A stretch of 64,000 nucleotides of DNA from an uncultured Candidatus Rokubacteria bacterium (GTDB lineage Bacteria > Methylomirabilota > Methylomirabilia > Rokubacteriales > DASRDR01): assembly GCA_963805625.1 (NCBI GenBank), contig CAWDVE010000010.1:1248001-1312000 (forward strand), in the 5' to 3' direction. Each line of letters starts with the position of its first letter. Position 1 is the first letter of the stretch. The notes beneath the pieces were generated by a model. It did not search any database. It had not been told where the DNA came from and saw nothing but the letters and a program-made list of their open reading frames with translations. The position numbers and the translations under genes were made by a program. Shown piece after piece: positions 1-9,368 of the stretch.

Positions 1-836
1 GCAGCGCACAGGCCCGCGCCGCGGTCGAGACCGCGACGGTCTTCCCCTGGCCCCCCAATAGCACGGGGCACGGCGTCGTCGCGCGGGGCACCCCCGTGCT
101 GACCGACGCGACCCCGGCTGTGTGGGAGGCGCTCCTGGAGGTCGGTCGGGCCGAGGCCCGCCGCGCGGAGCAGCGCCTCCAACGGCGCTGGCCCGACGCG
201 GACGTCGTCGTCACCGATTCGCCGCCCGTCCCGGGAATCCTCGCGCGGGCCCGCAAGCTCCGTGCGCGGGTGATCGTGATCGGCTCCCGGGGGCTGGGCG
301 CAGTCGGGCGCCTCCTCCTCGGAAGCGTGAGCCGGACCGTCGTGCGACGGGCACCCTGCGCCGTGCTGGTGGTACGAGGATCGGCGCGGGCTCCACGCCG
401 TTTCCTGATCGGCGTCGACGGCTCACCCCACGCGCGCGGTGCCGTGGCGTTCGTCGCCGGCCTCACCCCGCCGCGCGGCGGCCAGGCGCGCCTGCTCCGC
501 GTGGTCGAGCCCGTCCGGCTCCCTTCCACCGGGCTCGTGCCCGCTCGCGTGCGCGCCCTGTTGACCCAAGAGGCAGAGAACCTCGAGCAAGAGCACATGG
601 CCGCGGCGCGGCGGCAGCTCGAGGCCGCCCGCGAGCGACTCACGCGAGCGGGGTGGAGTGTGAGAACCGAGGTCCGGATGGGCCGCCCGCTCGAGGATCT
701 CCTTACCACTTCGACGGACGCCGACGTCCTGGTTGTGGGCGCGCGGGGCATCGGCGCGGTCGAGCGACTCCTCCTCGGCAGCGTCGCTGAGGGTGCAGTG
801 AGCCGCGCGCCGGTCCCCGTCCTCGTCGTCCGCTGA
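1..836 (+). CDS. Tandem-domain universal stress protein (UspA family), 5' end probably upstream of window
   Basis: Two Usp C-terminal motifs (IVIGSRGLGAVGRLLLGSVS..VVRRAPCAVLVV; LVVGARGIGAVERLLLGSVA..APVPVLVV) and second-domain start FLIGVDGSPHA. The ORF track starts at 96 but the first domain N-terminus is missing. Confidence 0.9.
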   Translation, partial: SAQARAAVETATVFPWPPNSTGHGVVARGTPVLTDATPAVWEALLEVGRAEARRAEQRLQRRWPDADVVVTDSPPVPGILARARKLRARVIVIGSRGLGAVGRLLLGSVSRTVVRRAPCAVLVVRGSARAPRRFLIGVDGSPHARGAVAFVAGLTPPRGGQARLLRVVEPVRLPSTGLVPARVRALLTQEAENLEQEHMAAARRQLEAARERLTRAGWSVRTEVRMGRPLEDLLTTSTDADVLVVGARGIGAVERLLLGSVAEGAVSRAPVPVLVVR

Positions 837-891
837 GAGCCCGAACCCGTCGGCACTCTTCGAGCCCTGCCCAGGGGATAGGAGGCCTCGG

Positions 892-2784
892 ATGCACGCG
901 CACGACGATGCCGGCCAGGCTCACAGGAGCCACGGGCACCCCCATCCCTATCTCTCGGCCGCCGCGGGCGCGCTCGTCCGGCTCTCGCCGAGCCTCTACT
1001 GGTACCGCGACACGTGCAACGTCTATCTCCTCGTCCGCGGGGACCGCGGGCTCCTGATCGACTTCGGCTCGGGCGGCATCCTCGCGCACCTCGCCGAGGT
1101 GGGGGTGAGCGAGATCGAGTGGGTGCTCCACACACATCACCACCGGGATCAGTGTCAGGGGGACCATCTCCTCGCGGTACGGGGCGTTCCGATCGCGGTG
1201 CCCGAGCGCGAGGCGGCGCTGTTCGCCGAGACCGACGCGTTCTGGCGGCTCAAGCGGATCTACGACAACTACGACGTCTCCAGCATCGGGTTCACGCTGC
1301 CCCGGCCGGTCCCCGTCGCCCGGGCGCTCCGCGACTACGAGACGCTCGCCTGGCGCGGCTATGACATCCGCGTGCTACCGACTCCGGGCCACACCAAGGG
1401 CTCGGTCACCTTCGCGGCCGAGATCGACGGCGTGCCGACGGCGTTCTGCGGCGACCTCGTCGCCGAGCCCGGCCACGTCCACACGATCCATGACCTCCAG
1501 TGGCAGTACGGCCTGCCCGACGCGGTCGGTGCCGCTCTCCACTCCGTGACGCTCCTCGCCGGGCTGCCGCTCCAGCGGCTCTGTCCCTCTCACGGCCACC
1601 CGACGGACGACGCGACGGGGGCGCTCCGCCTCCTCGAGCCGAAGCTCCGCCTCCTGTACGGCCTCCAGGGCGAGATGCGGAAGAACCGGGTCTGGCCGGT
1701 CTGGCCTCACTCGGTGGACCAGCCGAAGGCCCACGTCCTCCCTCACCTCTGGGCGAACCCCCACTCGGTGGCGAACTGCTACGCGCTCATGGCCGACGAC
1801 GGCCGGGCGCTCCTTCTCGACTACGGCTTTCCGAGCTGGGATCACATGGCAGCGGACATGCGCTTCGTCGAGCACTCGCTCGACGAGCTGAAGGCCGTCG
1901 CGGGCCTCCGGTCGGTTGAGGTCGTGATCCCGAGCCACTACCACGACGACCACCTGGCGGGGCTGCCTTGGCTCCAGCAGACCCAGGGCACGAAGGCGTG
2001 GATCTTCGAAAACTTCGCCGAGATCGTGTCGAACCCGGCCGGCTACAACGTGCCGTGTCTCCTACCCCACCCCATCCGCGTGGATCGTGCTCTGACGGAC
2101 GGCGGGCGCGTCTCCTGGGACCGGTGGACATTCGACGTCTTCCACATGCCCGGACACACCTGGTGGGCGCTCGGCCTCTTCGGCGAGATCGACGGCACGC
2201 GCGTGGCCTTCACCGGGGACAACCTCCTCCAGGGGACGGTGAGCCCGCTCCGGGCCGCCGCGCCCGTGTACCGGAACAAGATGCTCGCGGATTCGATCGC
2301 GGTCGGCGTCCGGCGGCTGATGGAGTTCGAGCCGGAGCTCATCCTCACCGGCCACACGGGGGCGCTCCGCGTCGACCGCAAGATGCTCGAGGACTTCCAC
2401 GGCTGGGCGCGCCAGATCGAGGGCGTCTTCCGGACGCTGGTCGCGGTGCCGGCCGAGGTGAACTTCGCGCTCGATCCGAACTTCGCGATCCTCTACCCCT
2501 ACCGGAACCCCGCCCGCCCGGGGGATCGACTGTCGATCGAGCTCCGGGTCACCAACCACGGGACGGCCGACGCGATTACCCGCGCCAGCCTCGTCGCGCC
2601 GCCGGGATGGTCGGTCTCGCCGGGCGAGGCCGCGACCACCATCGCGGCCGGCGAGAGCGGTGTGCTCCGGTTCGTTGTCGAGGTGCCGGCGGGAGCGGCG
2701 GGGCGGCACGTCCTCTGCGCCGAGCTCGCCCTCGGCGAGAGGCGCTTCGGCCAGATCGCGGAAGGGCTGGTCGACGTCACCTGA
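892..2784 (+). CDS. Double metallo-beta-lactamase-fold hydrolase with C-terminal Ig-like (NEW3-type) domain
   Basis: SD GGAGG upstream. Two MBL motif sets (HTHHHRDQ..TPGHT..GD..PSHG; SHYHDDH..PGHT..GD..TGH). C-terminal ELRVTN..APPGWSV..FVVEVP. Confidence 0.85.
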   Translation: MHAHDDAGQAHRSHGHPHPYLSAAAGALVRLSPSLYWYRDTCNVYLLVRGDRGLLIDFGSGGILAHLAEVGVSEIEWVLHTHHHRDQCQGDHLLAVRGVPIAVPEREAALFAETDAFWRLKRIYDNYDVSSIGFTLPRPVPVARALRDYETLAWRGYDIRVLPTPGHTKGSVTFAAEIDGVPTAFCGDLVAEPGHVHTIHDLQWQYGLPDAVGAALHSVTLLAGLPLQRLCPSHGHPTDDATGALRLLEPKLRLLYGLQGEMRKNRVWPVWPHSVDQPKAHVLPHLWANPHSVANCYALMADDGRALLLDYGFPSWDHMAADMRFVEHSLDELKAVAGLRSVEVVIPSHYHDDHLAGLPWLQQTQGTKAWIFENFAEIVSNPAGYNVPCLLPHPIRVDRALTDGGRVSWDRWTFDVFHMPGHTWWALGLFGEIDGTRVAFTGDNLLQGTVSPLRAAAPVYRNKMLADSIAVGVRRLMEFEPELILTGHTGALRVDRKMLEDFHGWARQIEGVFRTLVAVPAEVNFALDPNFAILYPYRNPARPGDRLSIELRVTNHGTADAITRASLVAPPGWSVSPGEAATTIAAGESGVLRFVVEVPAGAAGRHVLCAELALGERRFGQIAEGLVDVT

Positions 2785-3316
2785 TCGGGCGGCCGCCCGC
2801 GCTGAAAGCACGGGACTCGAAGCTTCACGGGGTTCCCGACGGGACAGCACGAGCGCTGACGGTTCCGGTCCGCGACATCGCCCGTGCGGCGCAGGTGATC
2901 TGACGCGAAACAAGCGCAGGAAGCGAACGATGATGGGCCAGCGGGCCAGCCGCCGAGACTGCGAACGGTGTCCGGCGGGGCACGATAGCTGGCGGCATGG
3001 CGCCTAAACCGTCCCGGTTTCGCGGCCCTCTCGGGGTTGGATGAGCGCAAAGAACAGCGCTCTCACACCCTCCACCTTGAATAGACCTTTTTGGGCATTG
3101 CCTTCGAAGATCTCTGCTTGGCCGCCGCGCTCAGACGAAAAGTCACTCGCGGCATTGAATCGTCGCCGCCGCCGCCGCCAGGAGGCGATCCAGCAGCAAC
3201 TCGAGCCCCAGCCCGATCGGGAGCCCAGCGCGCGTGGTCCGGCAGCCTTCCCGACCGCCCGCGAGCCGACGAAGACGGCAACCTCCGTCCTCGGCGCGGC
3301 GCGGCGCGCCTCAGGG

Positions 3317-5242
3317 TCACCCCGATCGGCGGCCCGGGCTCCGGGCACGGCCGCCCGAACGACGAAAGAGTTCGTCCCACAGCTGCACCCCGAGCACCCC
3401 GAGGAGGAGTGGGCCGTCCGAGCCGAGGTGAGCGCGATGCCGCGCCAGGAGGGTCGCGACCGTCCCGGGCTCGAAGTACCCTGTGTCGCGGAGTCGATCC
3501 GGCGACAGGAGATCCTCGGCAAAGGCCGGAAGAGGGCCCCGGAGCCAGCGCGCCATCGGCGCCTGGAGACCCATCTTGCGCTGCCACACCATCTCGCCTG
3601 GCAAAAGGTCGGCCACCGCCTGGCGCAAGACATACTTCCCCGCGTATCGCGGCCGCAGCAGGTGTTCCCCGCGAAGGCGACGGACCTTGAGCCGAGCGGG
3701 GATCTCGGCACACAGCTCCACGAGCTCGTGGTCGAGGAAGGGCACCCGCGCCTCCAGGCCGAACGCCATCGAGGCGGCGTCGAGCGTCAGCGTGTTGTAC
3801 GCCGGCAGTCGTTGGCCGAGGTCGTGCTGCTGGAGACGCTCGAACCGGTTCCGGGGCCGGGGTTCCGGGATCCCGTCTCCGGTCGCGGATCCCGCGTCTC
3901 GGAGCTGGTGCTGGAGGTCCGCGGAGTACAGCCGGTGACGCCCCGCGGCACCAGGGGGTCCGGCCATCCGGCGGAAGCGGGCCAGCCCCATCTCGCTCGG
4001 CCCCAGCGCGATTTCCCGGCCCCAGGAGCCCAGCAGCCGGTGCGCCACGAATCCCCGAAGGGCGCGCGGCAGCAGCGCCGCGGGCCGCAGGAGTCGGTCC
4101 GCCATGTGCCAGGGATACCCGCCGAGCAGTTCGTCGGCGCCTTCCCCCGTCAGCACGACCTTCACGCGCCGCGCGGCCGCCTCCGCCAGGAGCAGGCGCG
4201 GGATCTCGGCGTTGCCTGCGGATGGTGACTCCGCGTGCCACAGCGCCTCCGGATATCGCTCGAAGGCGGAGCGCTCGCACCACACTCGCTCGTTCGGGAC
4301 CGCGTACCCGGGAACCCGGTCGAGCGTCCGTCGGGTCCGGGTCTCGTCGAACGAGGGCTCCTCGAAGCCGAGGGTGAAGGTCGGCAGGAAGTGACCCATC
4401 CGGCACGCCAGGGCGACGACCGTGCTCGAGTCCAGGCCGCTGCTGAGCCACGCCCCGACCGGGACGTCGGACCGCAGGTGCAGACGCACGGTCTCCTCGA
4501 GCTTAGCTCGGAGCCGCTCGGCCGCGGTCGCGCCGTCTGCATCCCCCCTGCCCGGAGCGGTCCGCCCGACCGGCAACCGCCAGTACGGCCGGATCAGCGT
4601 CTGGCCCTCCCGGTACGAGAGCCAGTGCCCCGGCGGGAGCCGGCGAATCCCCTGGAACAGGGTGTGCGGGTCGAACACGAAGCCGTACCCGAAGATCGCA
4701 TCCAGCGCACGCACGTCCGTCGGGCCCGGATCGACACCGCCGGCCAGGATCGCCTTCTGTTCCGACGCGAAATAGATTCCCTCGGACGTCAGCGCGTAGT
4801 GAAGGGGCTTGATCCCGAGACGGTCGCGCACCAGCCAGAGACGCCGGCGGGCAGCGTCCCACAGGGCGAAGCCGAACATTCCCCGGAGCTGGCTCACCGC
4901 CTCGAATCCGTGGTCCTCGTAGAGGTGCACGATCACCTCCACGTCGGACTGGGTGCGAAACCGGTGGCCGCGGGCCTCGAGCACGGCGCGCAGCTCGACG
5001 TGATTGTAGATCTCCCCGTTACAGATGACGGCCACCGTACCGTCCTCGTTGCTGATCGGCTGGTCGCCGGTCCTGACGTCGATGATCGCCAGGCGCTGGA
5101 GCCCGAGGCCAACACCCGGCTCGATGCGGAAGCCCTGGCCATCCGGCCCCCGATGGCGCACGGCCATGGTCATCGCCTCGAGGACGCCCCGAGGCGGCTG
5201 GCGCCGAGGGTCCCCAAGGGCCATCCCCGCGATTCCGCACAT
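3317..5242 (-). CDS. asnB: Asparagine synthase (glutamine-hydrolysing) family amidotransferase
   Basis: True start is MCGIAG (Ntn Cys). Motifs HRGPD, RLAIID, NGEIYN, RDRLGIKPL, LSSGLDSS, GEGADELLGGY, EARVPFLD. The ORF-track extension to 5359 is not part of the gene. Confidence 0.93.
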   Translation of the reverse strand: MCGIAGMALGDPRRQPPRGVLEAMTMAVRHRGPDGQGFRIEPGVGLGLQRLAIIDVRTGDQPISNEDGTVAVICNGEIYNHVELRAVLEARGHRFRTQSDVEVIVHLYEDHGFEAVSQLRGMFGFALWDAARRRLWLVRDRLGIKPLHYALTSEGIYFASEQKAILAGGVDPGPTDVRALDAIFGYGFVFDPHTLFQGIRRLPPGHWLSYREGQTLIRPYWRLPVGRTAPGRGDADGATAAERLRAKLEETVRLHLRSDVPVGAWLSSGLDSSTVVALACRMGHFLPTFTLGFEEPSFDETRTRRTLDRVPGYAVPNERVWCERSAFERYPEALWHAESPSAGNAEIPRLLLAEAAARRVKVVLTGEGADELLGGYPWHMADRLLRPAALLPRALRGFVAHRLLGSWGREIALGPSEMGLARFRRMAGPPGAAGRHRLYSADLQHQLRDAGSATGDGIPEPRPRNRFERLQQHDLGQRLPAYNTLTLDAASMAFGLEARVPFLDHELVELCAEIPARLKVRRLRGEHLLRPRYAGKYVLRQAVADLLPGEMVWQRKMGLQAPMARWLRGPLPAFAEDLLSPDRLRDTGYFEPGTVATLLARHRAHLGSDGPLLLGVLGVQLWDELFRRSGGRARSPGRRSG

Positions 5243-5246
5243 GGTG

Positions 5247-5402
5247 CTACGGTCCCCCAGGGCCGCAGCCGGGCGCCCGCCGAGCACCGGGCGGAGCCGG
5301 CCCCTGAGCCTTCGGAGCCGTCGTCGCCAGCGGGCCCGCCGGCACGGGAACCGAGGCATTCAAGCTCGCGTAGCCGACATGCGGCGCTTGGCTCCTCGGC
5401 AT
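5247..5402 (-). CDS. Small 51-aa Pro/Ala/Gly-rich peptide ORF immediately upstream of asnB
   Basis: GGGGGAGGAAGG SD-like sequence before the ATG at 5402. TAG stop ends 4 nt before the asnB ATG. Sequence MPRSQAPHVGYASLNASVPVPAGPLATTAPKAQGPAPPGARRAPGCGPGGP. Confidence 0.4.
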   Translation of the reverse strand: MPRSQAPHVGYASLNASVPVPAGPLATTAPKAQGPAPPGARRAPGCGPGGP

Positions 5403-5639
5403 CGTGGGATCCTTCCTCCCCCAACAGGGGAGCAGGCTCCATGGACTCGGGTCAAGGCCAAAGTGTCGAGCCACGATCCCGTCAAGCCGACCATCCCCTG
5501 GACGCACGCGATGAAAGGGACGCCGGGATGATCCTCCGCGCAGGCCAACGGGTCGTTGACCCGCCGCCGCTCGGCGGCAGGGATACTCCGGTGTGGAGTG
5601 CTCTGGCGACCACAGTTTGACTACCAGCTGCGGCGATCG

Positions 5640-6330
5640 CGAGTCTCAGTCGAGCGCGTGCGGTCGATACCCAACGACGCCAAAGCCGCCCTCGTGGAGT
5701 CCGTGTCGAGCGAGGCGATCTCGTCGCGTGACTTCCAGGATCGGTACGTGAGGACTCGCACGCCCGAGGTCATCCGAGGGGGCGCGAGGCACTGGAAAGC
5801 GTGGTACGAATGGGATGCAGGTTATCTCCGGCATGGCAGGGCTCGATCGGACGACGTTCCTATACGGATTCGCACGAGCACCAGGGATTCGCCACGTTCA
5901 TGTGTCAGGTGCGCGGCGCGAAGAAGGTCGTCCTTCACCCGCCGGATGTCCTGCACTCCAGGAGCCTCTATGCGAGCCGATGGATGGGCAACTGGTCGCC
6001 AGTGCGGTTCTTCGACGTCGATCTCGGGCGCTTTCCCAGGTTTGCGTGGATTCGACCTCACAAGGCTGTCATAGGCTGACGCCCTCTACATCCCGGACCC
6101 TTGGTGGCACGCGGTCGTGTCGGCCGACCACGAGCTCGAGGTCACGGTTACCGTCTGGTTGAAACCCCCCTTCCTGACGATCTCGTCTCCGCAGACACTC
6201 CGCCGGTTCATCGATCGTCGGCGCATTCACGGTGTCAACCTGACCTACCGGACCGACGAGATCCCGGCGGCCATCCATCGGATCGTCCTGCGTCTGACGC
6301 GAGATCGAATCTCTAAACGGAGGCACGGTC
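5640..6330 (+). pseudogene. JmjC/cupin-8 2OG-Fe(II) oxygenase remnant (frameshifted, internally deleted)
   Basis: Pieces in three frames: FQDRYVRTRTPEVIRGGARHWKAWYEWD; DSHEHQGFATFMCQVRGAKKVVLHPP..SPVRFFDVDLGRFPRF; DALYIPDPWWHAVVS. Boundaries approximate. Confidence 0.75.
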
Positions 6331-6351
6331 CGTGGGTCCGTGATCTTGCGT

Positions 6352-7335
6352 TCACGGGGCGATGGCGGGATAGATCGCCGAGTGCTCCAGCCCGGGGTGC
6401 CGCCGGCCGTAGCGCGCGGGCACGTCCTGGGTCCAGTCGCTGGGGATGGTCAAGGAAAACAGCAACAGGGCGCCGAAAACGAGCCGCCGCCACCAGAGCC
6501 CTCGAGGCCCCTCGGCCTCGAGGGCGTGGTCGGCCGGGGAACTCGCACGCTCGGCCTCGCCAGGCCGGCGCAGGCACCTGACCAGCAACAGGAGACCGAT
6601 GACGGAGACACCGATGTTGAGCGCCTGTCCCGTTGCGATGCCGAGCCACGTCGTCGGGTACTCGCGATACACGTCCACGACGATCCGCAGTGACGCATAG
6701 AAAAAGAGGAACAGGCCGGTCACCACACCCCGGGGCGGATGGCGCCGGCGCACGTATAGGAGCAGCGGGATAAGGAGGAGATTCTTGAAACCATCGTACA
6801 GGACGACGGGGTGCCGGAATCCCTCCGCGTCCGGAAACTTCACGGCCCACCAGACGTCCGTCGGGCTGCCGACGATCTGGCCGTCCACGAAGTTCCCCAG
6901 GCGGCCGGTGCCCAGGATGACGGCGGCGGACACCGCGAGAACGTCCGTCAGCACGAGAAAGGACCGGCCATACAGCCAGGAGAAGATCGCGACGCCGAGC
7001 GTGCCTCCGAGTAGAAGGCCGTGGGTGGCCATGCCGCCGAGCCAGTAGGCAGGCACGAGCCCGGGGTGACTCCGGTAGAACGGCCACTCGTAGAAGATGA
7101 CCTCGACCACCCGGCCGCCGAGGAGCGTGCCGAGCGCGACCCAGATGGCCAGCCCGTAAGCGCGCCGCCGGGAGAAGCCGAGCTCCACGCGGTTTGCGAC
7201 AAGGAACAGCAGGATGCTGGAGAAGCCCACCGCGTAGGCGAGGCCGTACCACCAGAGATGCATGCCGAAGACGGACCCGATGATCGGGTCGATGCTGTGG
7301 ACATACGGACCCCGGAGGGAGACCGGCAGAGTCAC
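6352..7335 (-). CDS. lgt: Prolipoprotein diacylglyceryl transferase family protein
   Basis: HSIDPII, WYGLAY, GGR, GGMATHG, GRLGNF, RHPVVLYD, with hydrophobic TM segments. GTG start at 7335. Confidence 0.85.
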   Translation of the reverse strand: MTLPVSLRGPYVHSIDPIIGSVFGMHLWWYGLAYAVGFSSILLFLVANRVELGFSRRRAYGLAIWVALGTLLGGRVVEVIFYEWPFYRSHPGLVPAYWLGGMATHGLLLGGTLGVAIFSWLYGRSFLVLTDVLAVSAAVILGTGRLGNFVDGQIVGSPTDVWWAVKFPDAEGFRHPVVLYDGFKNLLLIPLLLYVRRRHPPRGVVTGLFLFFYASLRIVVDVYREYPTTWLGIATGQALNIGVSVIGLLLLVRCLRRPGEAERASSPADHALEAEGPRGLWWRRLVFGALLLFSLTIPSDWTQDVPARYGRRHPGLEHSAIYPAIAP

Positions 7336-7466
7336 TCGGCGCCTCGCGGCATCCCGCCTCGTCGCCGGGCCGCGACGGGCCGCGCGAGGCGAGGGCGCAT
7401 CAGGCCCGTGACGGGCTGTCGCGGCAGGCGGGACACGCGAGCGAGCGAACGGCCAGGACAACCCAT
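7332..7466 (-). CDS. Small 44-aa Arg-rich ORF coupled to lgt
   Basis: GGAGG 8 nt before ATG 7466. TGA overlaps the lgt GTG (GTGA). Sequence MGCPGRSLARVSRLPRQPVTGLMRPRLARPVAARRRGGMPRGAE. Confidence 0.35.
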   Translation of the reverse strand: MGCPGRSLARVSRLPRQPVTGLMRPRLARPVAARRRGGMPRGAE

Positions 7467-7565
7467 GGCAGATGCCTCCACCTCGACTCAGGCCGAGCAC
7501 AGATCACGCAGGGCCGGGACGATTGGGCCGGTCGAGCGAAGGTTGCTGGGTTAGCGACCCAAGCG

Positions 7566-7904
7566 CTACGCCCTGCGACCGCGGCTCGCGGTGCCTTTGC
7601 CCAGGACCTCCTCCACCCACGTGTAGGCTGCGACCGTCGTCGGGAAGCCCACGGTCGGCGGGGCCAGGGCTACGACGTGGCGGATCTGAGCGGGTGTGAC
7701 GCCGGCTTCTAGGGCCCGGCGCGCGTGCGCGTGCACCGCACCCTCGAGCCGGCCCCCGATGGCCATGCCGAGCTTCACGAGTTCCCGAGTCTTGGCGTCG
7801 AGGGGCCCAGCCTCGGCGCCCGCCTGCCCCAAGGCTTCGTACGCCTTCGCGACGGCCGGATGGTGCCGCGTGAACGCCAGGAACGGCTTCGGGAGCTTGG
7901 GCAT
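7566..7904 (-). CDS. Carboxymuconolactone decarboxylase (CMD/AhpD-like) family protein
   Basis: GPLDAKTRELVKLGMAIG..GAVHAHARRALEAGVT..PTVGFP. SD GGAGG upstream. No CxxC. Confidence 0.88.
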   Translation of the reverse strand: MPKLPKPFLAFTRHHPAVAKAYEALGQAGAEAGPLDAKTRELVKLGMAIGGRLEGAVHAHARRALEAGVTPAQIRHVVALAPPTVGFPTTVAAYTWVEEVLGKGTASRGRRA

Positions 7905-8258
7905 CACACTTCCTCCATTCGGTCAGGGGTGGTTACACTCTCGTGATCCGAACGCAGGCTTCCTTGGTGGGCCCGGGCACCGGGCCCCGTCAAGTCAGTG
8001 CCGACAGCCGTCTGGGCCCGGCGGGTCCCTCCGCGTCGCCCTCGTCTCGCATCCCTCCACCGGAATCGCCGCGTGGGACTCAAGTCAGAGTCCTGGAGGG
8101 CCCCGGGTCCAGCAATCCGCCCGTCCCGGAACAGGGAGATGAGCAAGGTGAGTGCCAGACGTGCGCACCCGAGGACCAACAGTCCCGTGCAGGGTTGGAG
8201 AGAGCCGCCCCCTGGAATGGTGGGGTGTGGGAGGGACGATGTGGCACTGTTGCCCCGT

Positions 8259-9270
8259 TCACGTGGCCACCGAAAACGCCGTCGGGTGGGCGGCTCCCGG
8301 CCGCGGCGAGGCAACCGGCCGCGGACTGATGGTCGCGACTTCGGCCAGATGTCGAGCCACGGCCCCGATGGCTTTCGCGGGGCCCTTGCGCCGGGCGACG
8401 CGTTCATACCGCCGGCTGATGTGACGGGGCGACGTGCGCCCGCGTGTCAGACAGATCGCGTTCGCCGCTTCGACGAACGCCCACTTGAGGTAGCGGTTGA
8501 CGTCGGGGCGCGCGCGGGACCAAATCGGGGCTTCCCGCCGCTCGCGTGGACACGCGGGGGGTCCCGCATAGCTCGCCACCTTCTCGGCCGTGGCCACCCG
8601 CGTGATGTCCCCCTCCTCGAGGGCAATCACCACGGCTAGCGTCAGCCCCACCCCCGGCAGGGTCAGCAGTTGTCGAATTACCGGAGTCGGCGTGAGGGTC
8701 GCCTGGATCCGGCGCTCCAATTCGCCCACCACGCGGTCCAGGTGGCGTGAATCCGTTTCTTGAGCGGCGTCCGCTGTCGGACGAATACCATCCGGGTGCG
8801 CGGCAGATCGCGCTGGTCCCGGAGGGCGCCGGGCGGAATCCACACCGTCGGCAGCGTGCCCGCCTGTTGCCGTCGATTGAGACCCGCGCACGTCGAGCCG
8901 ATCGGTCTTGGTGATCTCGCCCATCCTCAGCTTCGCCTTGCGCGCGTGCACAAGCTTGGGGACGCACCCCGCCGCCTCGATCTCGTCGACGATCCAGTAC
9001 CAGTTGCCCATCGTCTCCACCGCCACCGAGGACCCTCGCTCACACCGTTCGAGAAACTCCCACCGCACCCCGCGCTCATGCGCGATCCGTTGCTCACGAA
9101 TCAGCCGTCCGTCCGGTCGCACCACCGACGCCAGCGTGTCGCGCGTGTGCGCATCGAACGCGATAGACTCGATCGGCTGCGCCTCCTCTCGCGGCTCACA
9201 CCGCCGAGTCTTGTCCAACGCCCACGGTACCCGCACCGTGTGTGGAGGCGCCGCGCTTTCATCCCATCCG
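8259..9270 (-). mobile_element. Degraded IS110-family insertion sequence (transposase pseudogene plus upstream non-coding end)
   Basis: DEDD RuvC-like motifs (FDAH, AVET, KTDRLD) and Tnp domain ([35 protein letters not shown]). SD GAGGAGG is followed by ATC at 9173 instead of ATG. Frameshifts after DVRG and at [13 protein letters not shown], an internal deletion and a truncated C-terminus. Confidence 0.88.
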
Positions 9271-9368
9271 CGGGATTCGAACCCGTGTATGATCCCGGCT
9301 CAGGAGCCCATGCTGGCTCGATCTGCCCGAGCGAGGCGATTCGCGGCGGGCGAGGCCCCGGGGGGACC

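Noticed and set aside
3317-5402. Lasso peptide cluster
   Set aside because: The AsnB has an intact MCG glutaminase domain, there are no B1/B2 proteins, and the peptide has no Asp/Glu to close a macrolactam.
7990-8258. IS1111-type right-end seekRNA region
   Set aside because: The transposase C-terminus is truncated, so the right end was probably deleted. I recognised no subterminal repeats.
9270-9290. tRNA gene
   Set aside because: Only a T-arm string is present, with no acceptor stem, D arm or anticodon arm.
8760-9368. N-terminal extension of the OYE gene
   Set aside because: Antisense of the IS110 transposase. The OYE begins at ATG 9369.
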